Shown here: positions 12,460-27,391 of the stretch, piece by piece
Numbering within the stretch: the stretch's first letter is position 1
Layout of the letters: every line of letters starts with the position of its first letter
Assembly: GCA_964016885.1 (NCBI GenBank)
Contig: OZ024741.1
Location: 272,180,001-272,244,000, forward strand
Origin: Eledone cirrhosa
Lineage: Eukaryota
Reading direction: 5' to 3'
Length of the DNA stretch: 64,000 nt
Notes under the pieces: generated by a model
Databases searched by the model: none
The model's input: the letters and a program-made list of their open reading frames with translations, nothing else
What the model was told of the DNA's origin: nothing
Translations under genes and position numbers: made by a program

Positions 12460-13900
12460 TCATCATCACTTTACATCCGCTTTTCCCTGCTTGCAAAGGT
12501 GGGACGGGTCCTATTCAGCACAGCATCTCTCCACTTGTCACGGTCCTTCGTCATCTCCTCCGTGAGCTTCAGCAATCTGAGGTCTACTCTCACCTCCTCT
12601 GCCCATGTTTTTCATGGTCTTCCTTCTACTGGGATTTCTTGGCACTTCTTTACCCAGCAGTCATCCTCCATGCGCATCACATGTCCATACCATCTCAGTC
12701 TTATCTCCTGCACACCACAACTTAACCCTCTTATACCCAGTTTCTCTCTCAACTCAACTATGCTTGTTCATTCATGCACATTGACATTGCACATGCAACG
12801 GAGCATGCTTGCTTCATTTCTCTCCAACCGTCGCATATCCTCTGCAGTTGCTGCCCATGTCTCACTACCATGCAGCATCGCGTATCTCACACAGGCATCA
12901 TATAACCGGCCTTTTCTATGCAGGGAGAAACCCTTCCTTATCAACAGAGGAAGCAGCTCCCTAAACTTCTTCCAACCCATCCTTATTCTAGATACTATGG
13001 CCTCAGAAGACCCCCCTCCCATGCTAAACTGATCACCTAGGTACCGGAAGCTATCAACTACTTCTATAGAACCCACCTGCATTTGAAAAATGTGTCAATC
13101 ACTGAAATTACTACTGTCAACTTTTCCTGTACATCTACTGCATACATAGTTTTCCCTACCTGTTAGTTTGCCTGCTATCCCACTACATCTCAAGATCTGC
13201 ATTGCGGACATTTTATAGAATTTATGCCAGTTCCTTTTCTACATATCGAACATGGCCATTTCCCTGATGGAATCCGAGTTTTGTCCTCCTTTCTACTTAT
13301 CAACACTTTTGTCTTAGCTAGGTTCACTCTCAGTCCTCTTAATTCCAATTGCTGTTTCCATAGCCAGAATTTATTCTCTAGCTCCTCTACTGATTCTGCT
13401 ATAAGAACCAGATCATCAGCATAGAGAAGTTCCCATGGGCAGCCAATCTTAAACTCCTCTGTTATGGCTTGGAGGACTATAATGAACAAGAGCGGGCTGA
13501 GGACCGAACCCTGATGTACTCCTACTTCTGTAATTCCTCATTAAACTCCATTCCTACTCTCACTTTACTGACAGCACCTCTGTACGTAGCTTGCACTGTC
13601 CTCACAAGCCATTCCTTTACACCTAGTTTCCTCAGGGACCACCAGATGACAGATCGGGGTACCCTATCAAAGGCCTTCTCTAAGTCAACAAAAGCCAAGT
13701 ATAGTGGCTTATTCTTCTCTAAGAACTTCTCTTGTAGTTGTCTCACTAAGAAGAGGGCTTCTGTTGTACTTTTCCAGATACAAAACCAAACTACATCTCA
13801 TCTAATTTGACCCTTTCTCTAATCAGTTGTGCTAATATTCTCTCTGCCACTTTCATAACCTGATCCATCAGCTTTATGCCCCTATAATTGTTCCTCTCCA
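12460..13900 (-). mobile_element. RTE LINE 3' fragment
   Basis: LAFVDLEKAFDRVPR, LLYADDLVL and HGSETW on the minus strand. Confidence 0.92.
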
Positions 13901-13932
13901 GATATACATATATATTTATACATATATTTATT

Positions 13933-13999
<67 letters not shown>

Positions 14000-14126
14000 A
14001 TGTATGTATTTGTATATATATATATATATGATGATATATATATATATATATGTGTGTTGGATGTATATATAATGTTGTGAATACTTTTATTAAATTACTT
14101 TTGTCTTTTTGTATTGTTTGTTTCAG

Positions 14127-14715
14127 ACAACTGCTCCTGATAATGGGCCTCCACATGCGAAACATGCAGGAACAACATGAGGCTGAGATTCAGAGCATGC
14201 AAGACCAACAGCGCCGATCAAAGACACCACAGCCATATAATCCAGCAAGTAAAGGAGGTTATATGGCTGGAAGAAGGGCTTATACACCGCAACCAGCCAA
14301 GACTCAGTCAGGTATTACCGGTGGTATGTTGCCGGCAACAGCTGATGGACGCCCACAACTGCCAAGACGTCGCCAACTATTTGCAGACATGGATGAGGCC
14401 TTCGTGCCACCCAATTCTTCTGCAAAGACGTTTGCTGAAGCAATGTTTAATGATATGGTTAATCCAGTAAATAAATACCATGGCCGAGAACATATTGAAT
14501 TGGAGACATTGCCACTGTGTAACATAGAAGACATTCAGATTTCAAAACTGAAACAAAACAACTCTTTCCATATTCCCAAGACATCATCAGATGGCTATAG
14601 TAACTCCAGTCAATCACCAATGGTCGATTCACATAAAAGACCATCCTTGACCAGGACTATGTCAGCATCGGTACCCACCAAATCCGATTCCCGTTTTCAT
14701 TGTACCCCTTTATGA
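14127..14715 (+). CDS. Gene 1 large exon, part 1 (RQLLLIMGLHMRNMQEQ...HCTPL*)
   Basis: tttgtttcag acceptor; the AG+A junction restores Arg. The frame is open to TGA at 14713-14715. Confidence 0.8.
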
Positions 14716-15663
14716 AAAGATCGATTTGCCAGAGCATGATGTAGTTACTTCCCCTGTTTATGAGAGACTGGTTTCTTCCCCGGAGGCAAGGACAGTTTTG
14801 TCACACAATTATCCTGAGCGAATTTTCAACCAGGCATCTTTGCCATACGCCATAAAAATATCTTCATCGGAATGTTTGTATTCAAAGTCTACAAAACCAA
14901 ACGAGTCCATATATGGTAAAATTACTAAAAAATCTCACTTTTCTGAGCGTGATTCACCAACAAAACGAGATTCTCAGCAAGGGTCTTCTTCTAAAGTATC
15001 GAAAGAAGTATCAGCTTCATGTTCCAGAAAAAGTAGTAATGCAACACCAAGAACTGGTAAAATGGTAACTCCTGACTCAGCCAAGCAGTATGTCCACTCT
15101 CCAGAATCAAATTCTAAGACACCATCAAAACTTGAAAAATCTGATCAGAAAGATTCTGGTAAGAAAAATCTGAAGAGACAGGATGCTGTTGATTTGAATG
15201 TAACGCTTGATTCTGTCTCGTCCGGTTACTCCCAAAGTCAGGATAACTCAAACAGAGGCAATATTTCTGGAACGTCTACAGAGTTATCTCCTCTTAACAC
15301 AAACCACAATCGAAGTAATGCATCAGGCACATCGATGGATGCTTCACCAGATGGACAAGCTGACAGTCCCTCTAACCATCCATGTAATACTCCTATTGCT
15401 CACCCGAAAATGTTACCTCTGACCCCTGACATGTCACCAACAAGTCCCGAAGATACCAGCTTATCTCCAGAAATCCAGTCAACAAGCCATCGAAGTAATG
15501 CTTCTGGCATATCTTCTTTGTATTACATGCCTGAAGATCACCAGAACAGCATGGACATGAGCAAGTCTTCTGTGGTTCCTCTAGAGTACTCAAGGAACAT
15601 CACCGGTGCTTCGGCCGATATTTCTCCAGAGAACGTCCTTCACGACGGTTCCATGTATTCACC
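14711..15663 (+). CDS. Gene 1 large exon, part 2 in the +1 frame: Ser/Pro-rich disordered tail that runs into the assembly gap
   Basis: More than 310 stop-free codons of non-repetitive protein-like sequence (YEKIDLPEHDVVTSPVYERL...). This frame is open from 14651. Confidence 0.65.
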
Positions 15664-15863
15664 NNNNNNNNNNNNNNNNNNNNNNNNNNNNNNNNNNNNN
15701 NNNNNNNNNNNNNNNNNNNNNNNNNNNNNNNNNNNNNNNNNNNNNNNNNNNNNNNNNNNNNNNNNNNNNNNNNNNNNNNNNNNNNNNNNNNNNNNNNNNN
15801 NNNNNNNNNNNNNNNNNNNNNNNNNNNNNNNNNNNNNNNNNNNNNNNNNNNNNNNNNNNNNNN
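15664..15863. other. Assembly gap (200 N)
   Basis: Run of n. Confidence 1.
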
Positions 15864-18800
15864 ACAGCAACAACAACATTAACACCATCACCCCCCCACC
15901 AACATTATCACCACCAACAATATCACCACCAACAGCAACAACAACAGTAACACCATCACCCCCCACCAACAGCAACAACAACATTAACACCTTCACCCCC
16001 CCACCCCCCCACCAACATTATCACCACCAACAATATCACCACCAACAATATCACCACCAACAGCAACGACAACATTAACACCATCACCCCCCCACCCCCC
16101 ACCAACATTATCACCACCAACAGCAACAACAACATTAACACCATCACCCCCCCACCAACATTATCACCACCAACATAACACCACCAACAGCAACAACAAC
16201 ATTAACACCATCACCCCCCCACCAACAATATCACCACCAACAGCAACAACAACATTAACACCATCACCCCCCACCAACAGCAACAACAACATTAACACCA
16301 TCACCCCCCCACCAACATTATCACCACCAACAGCAACAACAACATTAACACCAACATTATCACCACCAACAATATCACCACCAACAGCAACAACATTAAC
16401 ACCATCATCCCCCCACCAACATTATCACCACCAACAGCAACGACAACATTAACACCATCACCCCCCCACCAACATTATCACCACCAACAGCAACAACAAC
16501 ATTAACACCATCATCCCCCCCACCAACATTATCACTACCAACATTATCACCACCAACAGCAACAACAACATTAACACCATCACCCCCCACCAACATTATC
16601 ACCACCAACATTATCACCACCAACAGCAACAACAACATTAACACCATCACCCCCCACCAACATTATCACCACCAACAGCAACGACAACATTAACACCATC
16701 ATCGCCCCCACCAACATTATCACTACCAACATTATCACCACCAACAGCAACAACAACATTAACACCATCATCCCCCCCACCAACATTATCACTACCAACA
16801 TTATCACCACCAACAGCAACGACAACATTAACACCATCACCCCCCCACCAACATTATCACCACCAACACCAACGACAACATTAACACCATCACCCCCCCC
16901 CCCCCCCACCAACATTACCACCACCAACAGCAACGACAACATTAACACCATCACCCCCCCACCAACAATATCACCACCAACAGCAACAACAACATTAACA
17001 CCATCACCCCCCACCAACATTATCACCACCAACAGCAACGACAACATTAACACCATCACCCCCCCCCCCACCAACATTATCACCACCAACAGCAACAACA
17101 ACATTAACACCATCACCACCAACAGCAACGACAACATTAACACCATCACCCCCCCACCAACAATATCACCACCAACAGCAACAACAACATTAACACCATC
17201 ACCCCCCCACCAACAATATCACCACCAACAGCAACAACAACATTAACACCATCACCACCCCACCAACATTATCACCACCAACAGCAACGACAACATTAAC
17301 ACCATCACCACCCCACCAACATTATCACCACCAACAGCAACAACAACATTAACACCATCACCCCCCCACCAACAATATCACCACCAACAGCAACAACAAC
17401 ATTAACACCATCACCCCCCGACCAACATTATCACCACCAACAGCAACAACAACATTAACACCATCACCCCCCCTCCAACATTATCATCACCAACAGCAAC
17501 AACAACATTAACACCATCACCCCCCCACCAACATTATCACCACCAACAGCAACAACAACATTAACACCATCACCACCAACAGCAACGACAACATTAACAC
17601 CATCACCACCAACAGCAACAACAACATTAACACCATCACCCCCCGACCAACATTATCACCACCAACAGCAACAACAACATTAACACCATCACCCCCCCAC
17701 CAACAGCAACGACAACATTAACACCATCACCACCCCACCAACAATATCACCACCAACAGCAACAACAACATTAACACCATCACCCCCCCCACCAACAATA
17801 TCACCACCAACAGCAACAACAACATTAACACCATCACCCCCCCACCAACAATATCACCACCAACAGCAACAACAACATTAACACCATCACCCCCCCACCA
17901 ACAATATCACCACCAACAGCAACAACAACATTAACACCATCACCCCCCCCACCAACAATATCACCACCAACAGCAACAACAACATTAACACCATCACCCC
18001 CCCACCAACAATATCACCACCAACAGCAACAACAACATTAACACCATCACCCCCCCACCAACATTATCACCACCAACAGCAACAACAACATTAACACCCC
18101 CCCCCCCCCACCAACAATATCACCACCAACAGCAACAACAACATTAACACCATCACCCCCCCACCAACATTATCACCACCAACAGCAACAACAACATTAA
18201 CACCATCACCCCCCCACCAACATTATCACCACCAACAGCAACAACAACATTAACACCATCACCCCCCCCCCCCCCCACCAACAATATCACCACCAACAGC
18301 AACAACAACATTAACACCATCACCCCCCCCCACCAACAATATCACCACCAACAGCAACAACAACATTAACACCATCACCCCCCCACCAACAATATCACCA
18401 CCAACAGCAACGACAACATTAACACCATCACCCCCCCACCAACATTATCACCACCAACAGCAACAACAACATTAACACCATCACCCCCCCCCCCCACCAA
18501 CAATATCACCACCAACAGCAACAACAACATTAACACCATCACCCCCCCACCAACATTATCACCACCAACAGCAACAACAACATTAACACCATCACCCCCC
18601 CCCCCCCCCCACCAACAATATCACCACCAACAGCAACAACAACATTAACACCATCACCCCCCCCCCCCACCAACAATATCACCACCAACAGCAACAACAA
18701 CATTAACACCATCACCCCCCCACCAACATTATCACCACCAACAGCAACAACAACATTAACACCATCACCCCCCCCCCCCCCACCAACAATATCACCACCA

Positions 18801-21480
18801 ACAGCAACAACAACATTAACACCATCACCCCCCCACCAACATTATCACCACCAACAGCAACAACAACATTAACACCATCACCCCCCCCCACCAACAATAT
18901 CACCACCAACAGCAACAACAACATTAACACCATCACCCCCCCCCCACCAACAATATCACCACCAACAGCAACAACAACATTAACACCATCACCCCCCCAC
19001 CAACAATATCACCACCAACAGCAACGACAACATTAACACCATCACCCCCCACCAACAATATCACCACCAACAGCAACAACAACATTAACACCATCACCCC
19101 CCCACCAACATTATCACCACCAACAGCAACAACAACATTAACACCATCACCCCCCCACCAACATTATCACCACCAACAGCAACAACAACATTAACACCAT
19201 CACCCCCCCACCAACAATATCACCACCAACAGCAACAACAACATTAACACCATCACCCCCCCCCCCCCACCAACAATATCACCACCAACAGCAACAACAA
19301 CATTAACACCATCACCCCCCCACCAACAATATCACCACCAACAGCAACAACAACATTAACACCATCACCCCCCACCAACATTATCACCACCAACAGCAAC
19401 AACAACATTAACACCATCACCCCCCACCAACATTATCACCACCAACAGCAACAACAACATTAACACCATCACCCCCCCCCCCCCCCCCCACCAACAATAT
19501 CACCACCAACAGCAACAACAACATTAACACCATCACCCCCCCACCAACATTATCACCACCAACAGCAACGACAACATTAACACCATCACCCCCCCCCACC
19601 AACAATATCACCACCAACAGCAACGACAACATTAACACCATCACCCCCCCACCAACATTATCACCACCAACAGCAACGACAACATTAACACCATCACCCC
19701 CCCACCAACATTATCACCACCAACAGCAACAACAACATTAACACCATCACCCCCCCCCCCCCCCCACCAACAATATCACCACCAACAGCAACAACAACAT
19801 TAACACCATCACCCCCCCCACCAACATTATCACCACCAACAGCAACAACAACATTAACACCATCACCCCCCCCCACCAACAATATCACCACCAACAGCAA
19901 CAACAACATTAACACCATCACCCCCCCACCAACAATATCACCACCAACAGCAACAACAACATTAACACCATCACCCCCTCCACCAACAATATCACCACCA
20001 ACAGCAACGACAACATTAACACCATCACCCCCCACCAACATTATCACCACCAACAGCAACAACAACATTAACACCATCACCCCCCCACCAACAATATCAC
20101 CACCAACAGCAACAACAACATTAACACCATCACCCCCCCCACCAACAATATCACCACCAACAGCAACAACAACATTAACACCATCACCCCCCACCAACAT
20201 TATCACCACCAACAGCAACAACAACATTAACACCATCACCCCCCACCAACATTATCACCACCAACAGCAACAACAACATTAACACCATCACCCCCCCCCA
20301 CCAACAATATCACCACCAACAGCAACAACAACATTAACACCATCACCCCCCCACCAACATTATCACCACCAACAGCAACAACATTAACACCATCACCCCC
20401 CCACCAACATTATCACCACCAACAGCAACAACAACATTAACACCATCACCACCAACAGCAACGACAACATTAACACCATCACCCCCCCCCACCAACAATA
20501 TCACCACCAACAGTAACAACAACATTAACACCATCACCCCCCCCCACCAACATTATCACCACCAACAGCAACGACAACATTAACACCATCACCCCCCCCC
20601 ACCAACAATATCACCACCAACAGCAACAACAACATTAACACCATCACCCCCCCCCCCCCACCAACAATATCACCACCAACAGCAACAACAACATTAACAC
20701 CATCACCCCCCCACCAACAATATCACCACCAACAGCAACAACAACATTAACACCATCACCCCCCCCCCCCCCCACCAACAATATCACCACCAACAGCAAC
20801 AACAACATTAACACCATCACCCCCCCACCAACAATATCACCACCAACAGCAACAACAACATTAACACCATCACCCCCCCACCAACAATATCACCACCAAC
20901 AGCAACAACAACATTAACACCATCACCCCCCCCACCAACATTATCACCACCAACAGCAACAACAACATTAACACCATCACCCCCCCCACCAACATTATCA
21001 CCACCAACAGCAACAACAACATTAACACCATCACCCCCCCACCAACATTATCACCACCAACAGCAACAACAACATTAACACCATCACCCCCCCCACCAAC
21101 ATTATCACCACCAACAGCAACAACAACATTAACACCATCACCCCCCCACCAACATTATCACCACCAACAGCAACAACAACATTAACACCATCACCCCCCC
21201 ACCAACATTATCACCACCAACAGCAACAACAACATTAACACCATCACCCCCCCCCCCCCACCAACATTATCACCACCAACAGCAACAACAACATTAACAC
21301 CATCACCCCCCCCACCAACATTATCACCACCAACAGCAACAACAACATTAACACCATCACCCCCCCACCAACATTATCACCACCAACAGCAACGACAACA
21401 CTAACACCATCACCCCCCCACCAACATTATCACCACCAAGAGCAACGACAATATCACCACCATCACCCCCCCCCCCCACC
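15864..21480. repeat. About 53-bp C/A-rich minisatellite with a variable-length poly-C run, about 100 copies
   Basis: Unit caccaacattatcaccaccaacagcaacaacaacattaacaccatca(c)n. Confidence 0.97.
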
Positions 21481-22120
21481 AACATTACCACTACCATCAC
21501 CAACAACAACAATATCATCACCACTATGATCAACATCACTACTACTGTAAGTAGCAGCATCACGATCAACAGCAGCATCACCATCAACATCACTACTTTC
21601 ACCACCAATAACATCATCATCACCATCAACATTACCAACATCAACACCATCAATATCACTATCAACATCACTATCACCAGCATCACCATCACCAACAATA
21701 GCATCACTAATAACATCACCATCACCACCAACAACAACAATATCACCACAGACACTGCTACTACTACCACCTACATCCTCACCATCAACACTACTACTAA
21801 CAACATCACCACAAGCCACCACCACCATCGACATCATCAACATCAACACTACCAATAACACCACCACCAATACCATCACCATACTCATCACAATTATTAC
21901 TACCATCACCATCACCATCACCACAGCCACTACTACTACTACTACCACCACCACCACCACCACCATCAACATCAACAACAACACCACAACTACTACTACC
22001 ACCATCAACAACACCACCACCACAGCCACTACCACCACCACCACCATCATCAACAACATCACCACCACCACCACCGTCAACAACACCACCACCACCACCA
22101 TCAACAACACCACTATCACC

Positions 22121-22152
<32 letters not shown>

Positions 22153-22339
22153 CGCCACTACCACCATCATCAACATCACCACCACCACAGCCACTACCAC
22201 CACCACCACCACCACCACAGCCACTACCACCACCACCACCACCACCATCATCAACACCACCACCACCACCACAGCCACTACTACCACCACCACCAACAAC
22301 ACCACCACCACCATCAACAACACCACTATCACCACCACC

Positions 22340-22370
<31 letters not shown>

Positions 22371-22668
22371 CCACTACCACCATCATCAACATCACCACCA
22401 CCACCACCACCACAGCCACTACCACCACCACCACCACCACCATCAACAACACCACTATCACCATCACCACCACCACAGCCATTACCAACACCACTACCAC
22501 CACCATCATCAACAACATCACCACCACCACCATCAACAACACCACTACCACCATCAACAACACCACCACCACCAACAACACCACCACCACCATCAACAAC
22601 ACCACTACCACCATCAACAACACCACTACCACCATCAACAACACCACCACCACCACCATCAACAACAA
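21480..22668. repeat. Degenerate (CAC/CAA/CAT)n trinucleotide tract
   Basis: Low-complexity triplet sequence. Confidence 0.95.
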
Positions 22669-22799
22669 TGTAAATATGTAAATTAGCTATTTTTCTCATC
22701 TTTATCTTAGATATCTTCTTTCCTCACTTCCCTCCTCTCTTTTTTGTTGTTAATTCTAACATATCACTGAAACATTAGAGGGGTTGATAGTGCCTTGGA

Positions 22800-23135
22800 G
22801 GCCCCGTAGGACTGGGACCACATAGGACTGGGACCCACATAGGGTGGGGGCCAGGTAGGACTGGGACAGGGTGGAACTGGGGCCATGTGAGACTGGACCC
22901 ACATATACCTGGGACCAAGTAGGACTGGGGGCCACATATGCTTGGGACCAGGTAGGGGCCACATATGCCTGGGACCTGGTGCAACTGGGGCCACATATGC
23001 CTGGTACCAGGTGTGACTGGGGGCCACATATGCCTGGTACCGGGTGTGACTGGGGGCCACATATGCCTGGGACCAGGTAGGACTGGAGTCACATATGCCA
23101 AAGGGATAGGTTGGACTGGAGCCAGGTGGGACTTT
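22800..23135. repeat. GC-rich ~33-bp minisatellite (gactgggggccacatatgcctgggaccaggtag-like)
   Basis: About 8-10 degenerate tandem units. Confidence 0.85.
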
Positions 23136-23644
23136 ACCTCACCTACTGAAGGTTGTGTTGTGTTAGAGTGTTCACTCATGATTGCAGGGTCATGAATTCA
23201 ATTCTCAGATCAGGCAGTACATTGTATCCTTGAGCAAGACACTTTATTTCACCTTGTTCCAGTCAACTCAACTGGCAAATAATGAGTTACACCTGTAAAA
23301 GAGATTGTTTACCTTAGGACCATCTTGTTGCACTATTTCAATTACTCCACCATCTTTCACAGGTGCTTTGCCAATGTTCTGTTGTTTCACAGCAGTCTTA
23401 ACCTCTTCCAATGTGGGAGGATCATCAAGCCCATTAATGATGGTAGCCTGTTCCAGGACCTTGATCATGTCAGGATTAATGAGAGATGCGTGGCTTAGGA
23501 GGTCGTAATTTGAGCCTGGGAAAAACTCCAATAAAGTTAGGAGATTCCAGGAAGTAATTTTGAAATATGTCATTGAAGATGTTGTCTTCTGTCTATAATT
23601 TATCTTATTAATCAAATCATTACATGTGTTTTTCTCACATAAGT

Positions 23645-23830
23645 TGTTTCTGCTTTTGGTACAAAGCCAGCAATTATCCCAGTGCATTACTGGTACTTTA
23701 TTTTATCAGCCCCATAAGGATGAAAGGCAAAGTTAACCTTGGCGGAATTTGAACTCAGATCGTAAAGCGCCGTAACTCTATGCTGCAAAGCATGGTGTCT
23801 GACGCTCTATCGATACTGCCAATCCACCGC
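23645..23830 (-). mobile_element. SINE family A copy
   Basis: Reverse complement of the core and head. Confidence 0.85.
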
Positions 23831-24524
23831 TCCAGCCACAGGTTTGCTGGCCAGTTTAGATATAGGCAAGCGTTGTTTAGATCACCTTTTCTAGGTCCCT
23901 CATGGCCAACAGGTGAGCAGTGCTATCCCTGGAGAAGGGCTACTCAGTCTCTTTGGGTGCTGCCAAGTCGTACCATTGGCTATGTTTGGATACAAACCAA
24001 CCAATATCCCAACTCACCTACATGAGGGTTTGCTACTAAGTACTTCCACCTACGTTGTTAGGCCTGTATACATCACAGCTCTCCCCATCATCACAGATCT
24101 AAGTCTTTTTAATGAAACATCTGTTATCCATTCAAGGGTCAAAGTTCCTGTTCGTGAATTTGATTATAGTGGATGTGGTTTGCACAGAACCACACCCACT
24201 TTTCAGACAAAACCAGCAGGAAAAGCTGAAGGCCCAACATAGGTTGGGACAACCAGCAACTGATTCATCTTCAAGTTTTGTATCAGAGTTTCCCTCTTGT
24301 AGTAAACTTTTGGATGGCGCTTGACTTTTATGAGTTCCTCCATCTTTTGACAGGTTTTGTTTTTCCTCCCACAGGATGTCCAAAAAACTCACCCTCCTCA
24401 CCAAGCCAGTTTAGTTGCCAATGATCCAACTATGCAACAGGTTGTACTGGGTTACATTTTACCAGTAGCACTCGAGAGTGATCTCATACATACACATAAC
24501 TTCTTCTTTGGCCATATTCCTGGG

Positions 24525-25385
24525 AGGCTCATGGGGCAGAGTCCTCAAGCATGCTTTCCAGCAGGTTCTGTCAGATGCATTGGTCTCCAAATGATCTGGC
24601 TGGATCCTCAAGCGAGATCAGTCAAGCTCAAAGATGTTATCCAATCATCTTGCTCTGGGTCTCCTGCCAGTTGGTGTTTGCCCATAAAATCTGTCCAGTG
24701 ATTCTTTCCTGAGATATTCAAACCCCATACCCATAGTATCAGAGCTGTGATCCCTGAATTCGGAGAAGTAGTGGCTCTACCTGGAGTGACTTTCTGATCT
24801 CCAAGCTACGCACTCAATCAAGTAACGTTACTCCAAAAACCCTTTGGGGAAACCCCATTTTGGCTACTTTTTTTTTTTTAGATCATATTCTTTTAGTCAT
24901 TACCCAAGATTCATGACCATAGGTAAGGGTTGGCACGAATACCAAATTGAAGATAGTGAGTTTGGCTCTTATACCTACCTCTATTCTGATTACCAAATGC
25001 TGAAGCTGGTGTATTAATGTATATAAATGTTTGGTATAGTAGTATGCACTTAACTGAGCCTCCTGCATTCCATCACTCATGAACCTGGCCTTGAGACACT
25101 TGAACTTCTCCACCTACTTCAGTGGAACTCCATTCACATATAGAGTGCACTGTGCAGGCATCCTTATGAGGACAAGTGTCTCAGTCTTTGTAGCACTGAT
25201 TTTCATTCCAACCATGCAGCACACAGCAGCAAACTTATCAAGTGAATGTTGATGATCACTTTCTGTTGAGTTAAGTAACACTATGTCGCCTGTAAATTCC
25301 AGCCGACTGATACTATTTCCAATGTGCCAGTCTTGGTACAACTTCCAACCCAACTACACATGTCAATCCTGTTCATGAAGAGTGT
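24525..25385 (-). mobile_element. Old RTE-type LINE 3' fragment of a second family; related copies at 31130-31510(+) and 34030-34450(+)
   Basis: Remnants such as FVPTLTYGHESWVMT, GMKISATKTETLV and KPIGRKPRGRPRARWLD. Confidence 0.75.
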
Positions 25386-26121
25386 ATATATGTATATAAC
25401 CTAAACTCAGTTATATACATACATAAAAATATATATTTGCATTTAACCCCTTCTTTCACGAGGACAGGGGCTTTAATCAAACAAGTACCAATAAACTACT
25501 CTATCCCCTTACAAGAAGTCACTTTGTGCCTAGTCAAAAGACATCATCATCATCATCATCATCATCATCAATTTTATTCTATTTTCCCTCATCTTTTAAC
25601 CCCAATTCTTTTAACATACAAAATTTGAGCTGTTTATGTTTTCATGTTTAAATGTGTACATGTAAAAACACATAAGAGTGTGTATGTAAATGTAGGTATA
25701 TGTACATGTAAAAACACATGAGTATGTGTGTGTATGTAAATATGTGTATTTGCATGAATGTGTGTAGGAATGTAAATATATATGTATATGCAGGTATAAT
25801 TGCATGCGTGTGTGTATGTAAATATGTATGTATGTACATGTACCTTTGTATGGTAATGCAATGATTATTTGAGATATGTTGGTGCATGTGTGTGCACATG
25901 TGTTTATGTGTGTTTTGATACCTTTGTAGGGTTATGTGTGTATGTATATTTAATGTATATACACACACATATATATACATATATATATATAATTCTCTTT
26001 TTATTTCTTTTTTCCAATGTGTGTATTTTATGTGAACATGAATGTGTGCATGTATGTGCATATACATGTTTGATATGGAAGTATGCATGGATGCTTGTGT
26101 GCATGTGTACACAGGTGTATG

Positions 26122-26194
<73 letters not shown>

Positions 26195-26879
26195 TGCATA
26201 TAAATCTATATATGCATGAAATGTAAATCATCCCTCAATGTACAGTTTGTATTTCATAACATCAGTGGTGGCAGAAAAATTATACATATACATATATCCA
26301 CATACATGCACACGCACAAATATATATATGTATATGTGTATATATGTGTGTGTGTATATATGTTTATGTGTGTGTATATATTATATACATCATACATACA
26401 TACATATGTATGTGTAAATATCTTTACCAAATATTAAAATCTCTGATACCATTGTCTGACCACCATGACATTTCCATGAAACACCACCAATAATTCTTAA
26501 TTTCATATACAGAATCTATAACAACATTTGTGCATTTAAAATCAAGCAATAAAATAAAATTCCAAACATTTAATATGAATTTGTGTCTTTCTTTACACAC
26601 ACAGATGTACATATATATATATAAAGCAATGAAATAGTAACTCTTACATAACAGTTGCCATAGAAATACGTATAAAACTATTATGTAATTAATAAAATGA
26701 GGTAAATCCTAACCTACTGGCTTCTATATCATTGTTACATTACCATCTTCATCATCACCGTTTTACGTTTATGCTTTGTTTATACAGAACTGAGTTTAGC
26801 TTGGTTTCTACAGGTCGATGCTCTTCCTAACGCCAACCTCATTTACAGCGAGTACTGTGTGTGTGTGTATATATATATA

Positions 26880-27175
26880 TATATGTTGTTTACTCGAGGG
26901 AAGGCTACGTTGGTATGGACACGTGATGCGCATGAAAGTCGATAGCTGTATAACAAAGTGCAGGGCAATAAAGATAGACGGTAGCCACGGAATAGGCAGA
27001 CCTAGAAAAACCTGGGACGAGCTGATAAACTCCGACCTCACACACTTACACCTCACCAAGGCAATGTCACTGGACCGAGACCTTTGGCGGTACTCAGTAA
27101 CAGAGAAGACCCGCCTTACCTAAATACATAGTAAAACCTACTACAGCCAGTAGGCATCTCTAACAAATACACCCC
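26880..27175 (+). mobile_element. RTE LINE extreme 3' fragment
   Basis: RLRWYGHVMRMK...GRPRKTW...EKTRLT*. Confidence 0.9.
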
Positions 27176-27179
27176 TTGA

Positions 27180-27335
27180 TTTCTACAGCTGGATGCTCTT
27201 CCTAACACCAACCTCATTTACAGTCCCTATCATCTCATTTCTACAGCTGAGTAAACTGGAGCAATGTAAAATAAAGTGTCTTGCTCAAGGAAACAACACA
27301 TCACTCGGTCTGAGAATTGAACTCACAACCTTTCG

Positions 27336-27337
<2 letters not shown>
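27180..27337 (-). mobile_element. SINE family B partial copy
   Basis: Reverse complement of the 42481-42790 element. Confidence 0.75.

Positions 27338-27389
<52 letters not shown>

Positions 27390-27391
<2 letters not shown>

Noticed and set aside
14713-14739. Selenocysteine or stop-codon read-through at the TGA
   Set aside because: The same frame stops again 7 codons later; the continuation is in the +1 frame.
15864-22699. Long poly-Val, poly-Gly and Thr/Pro ORFs
   Set aside because: These are by-products of triplet low-complexity DNA. The frame is broken repeatedly by variable C-runs and there is no splice or start context.
22756-23195. Pro/Gly-rich repeat ORFs
   Set aside because: They arise from a GC-rich minisatellite open in many frames, with no exon evidence.
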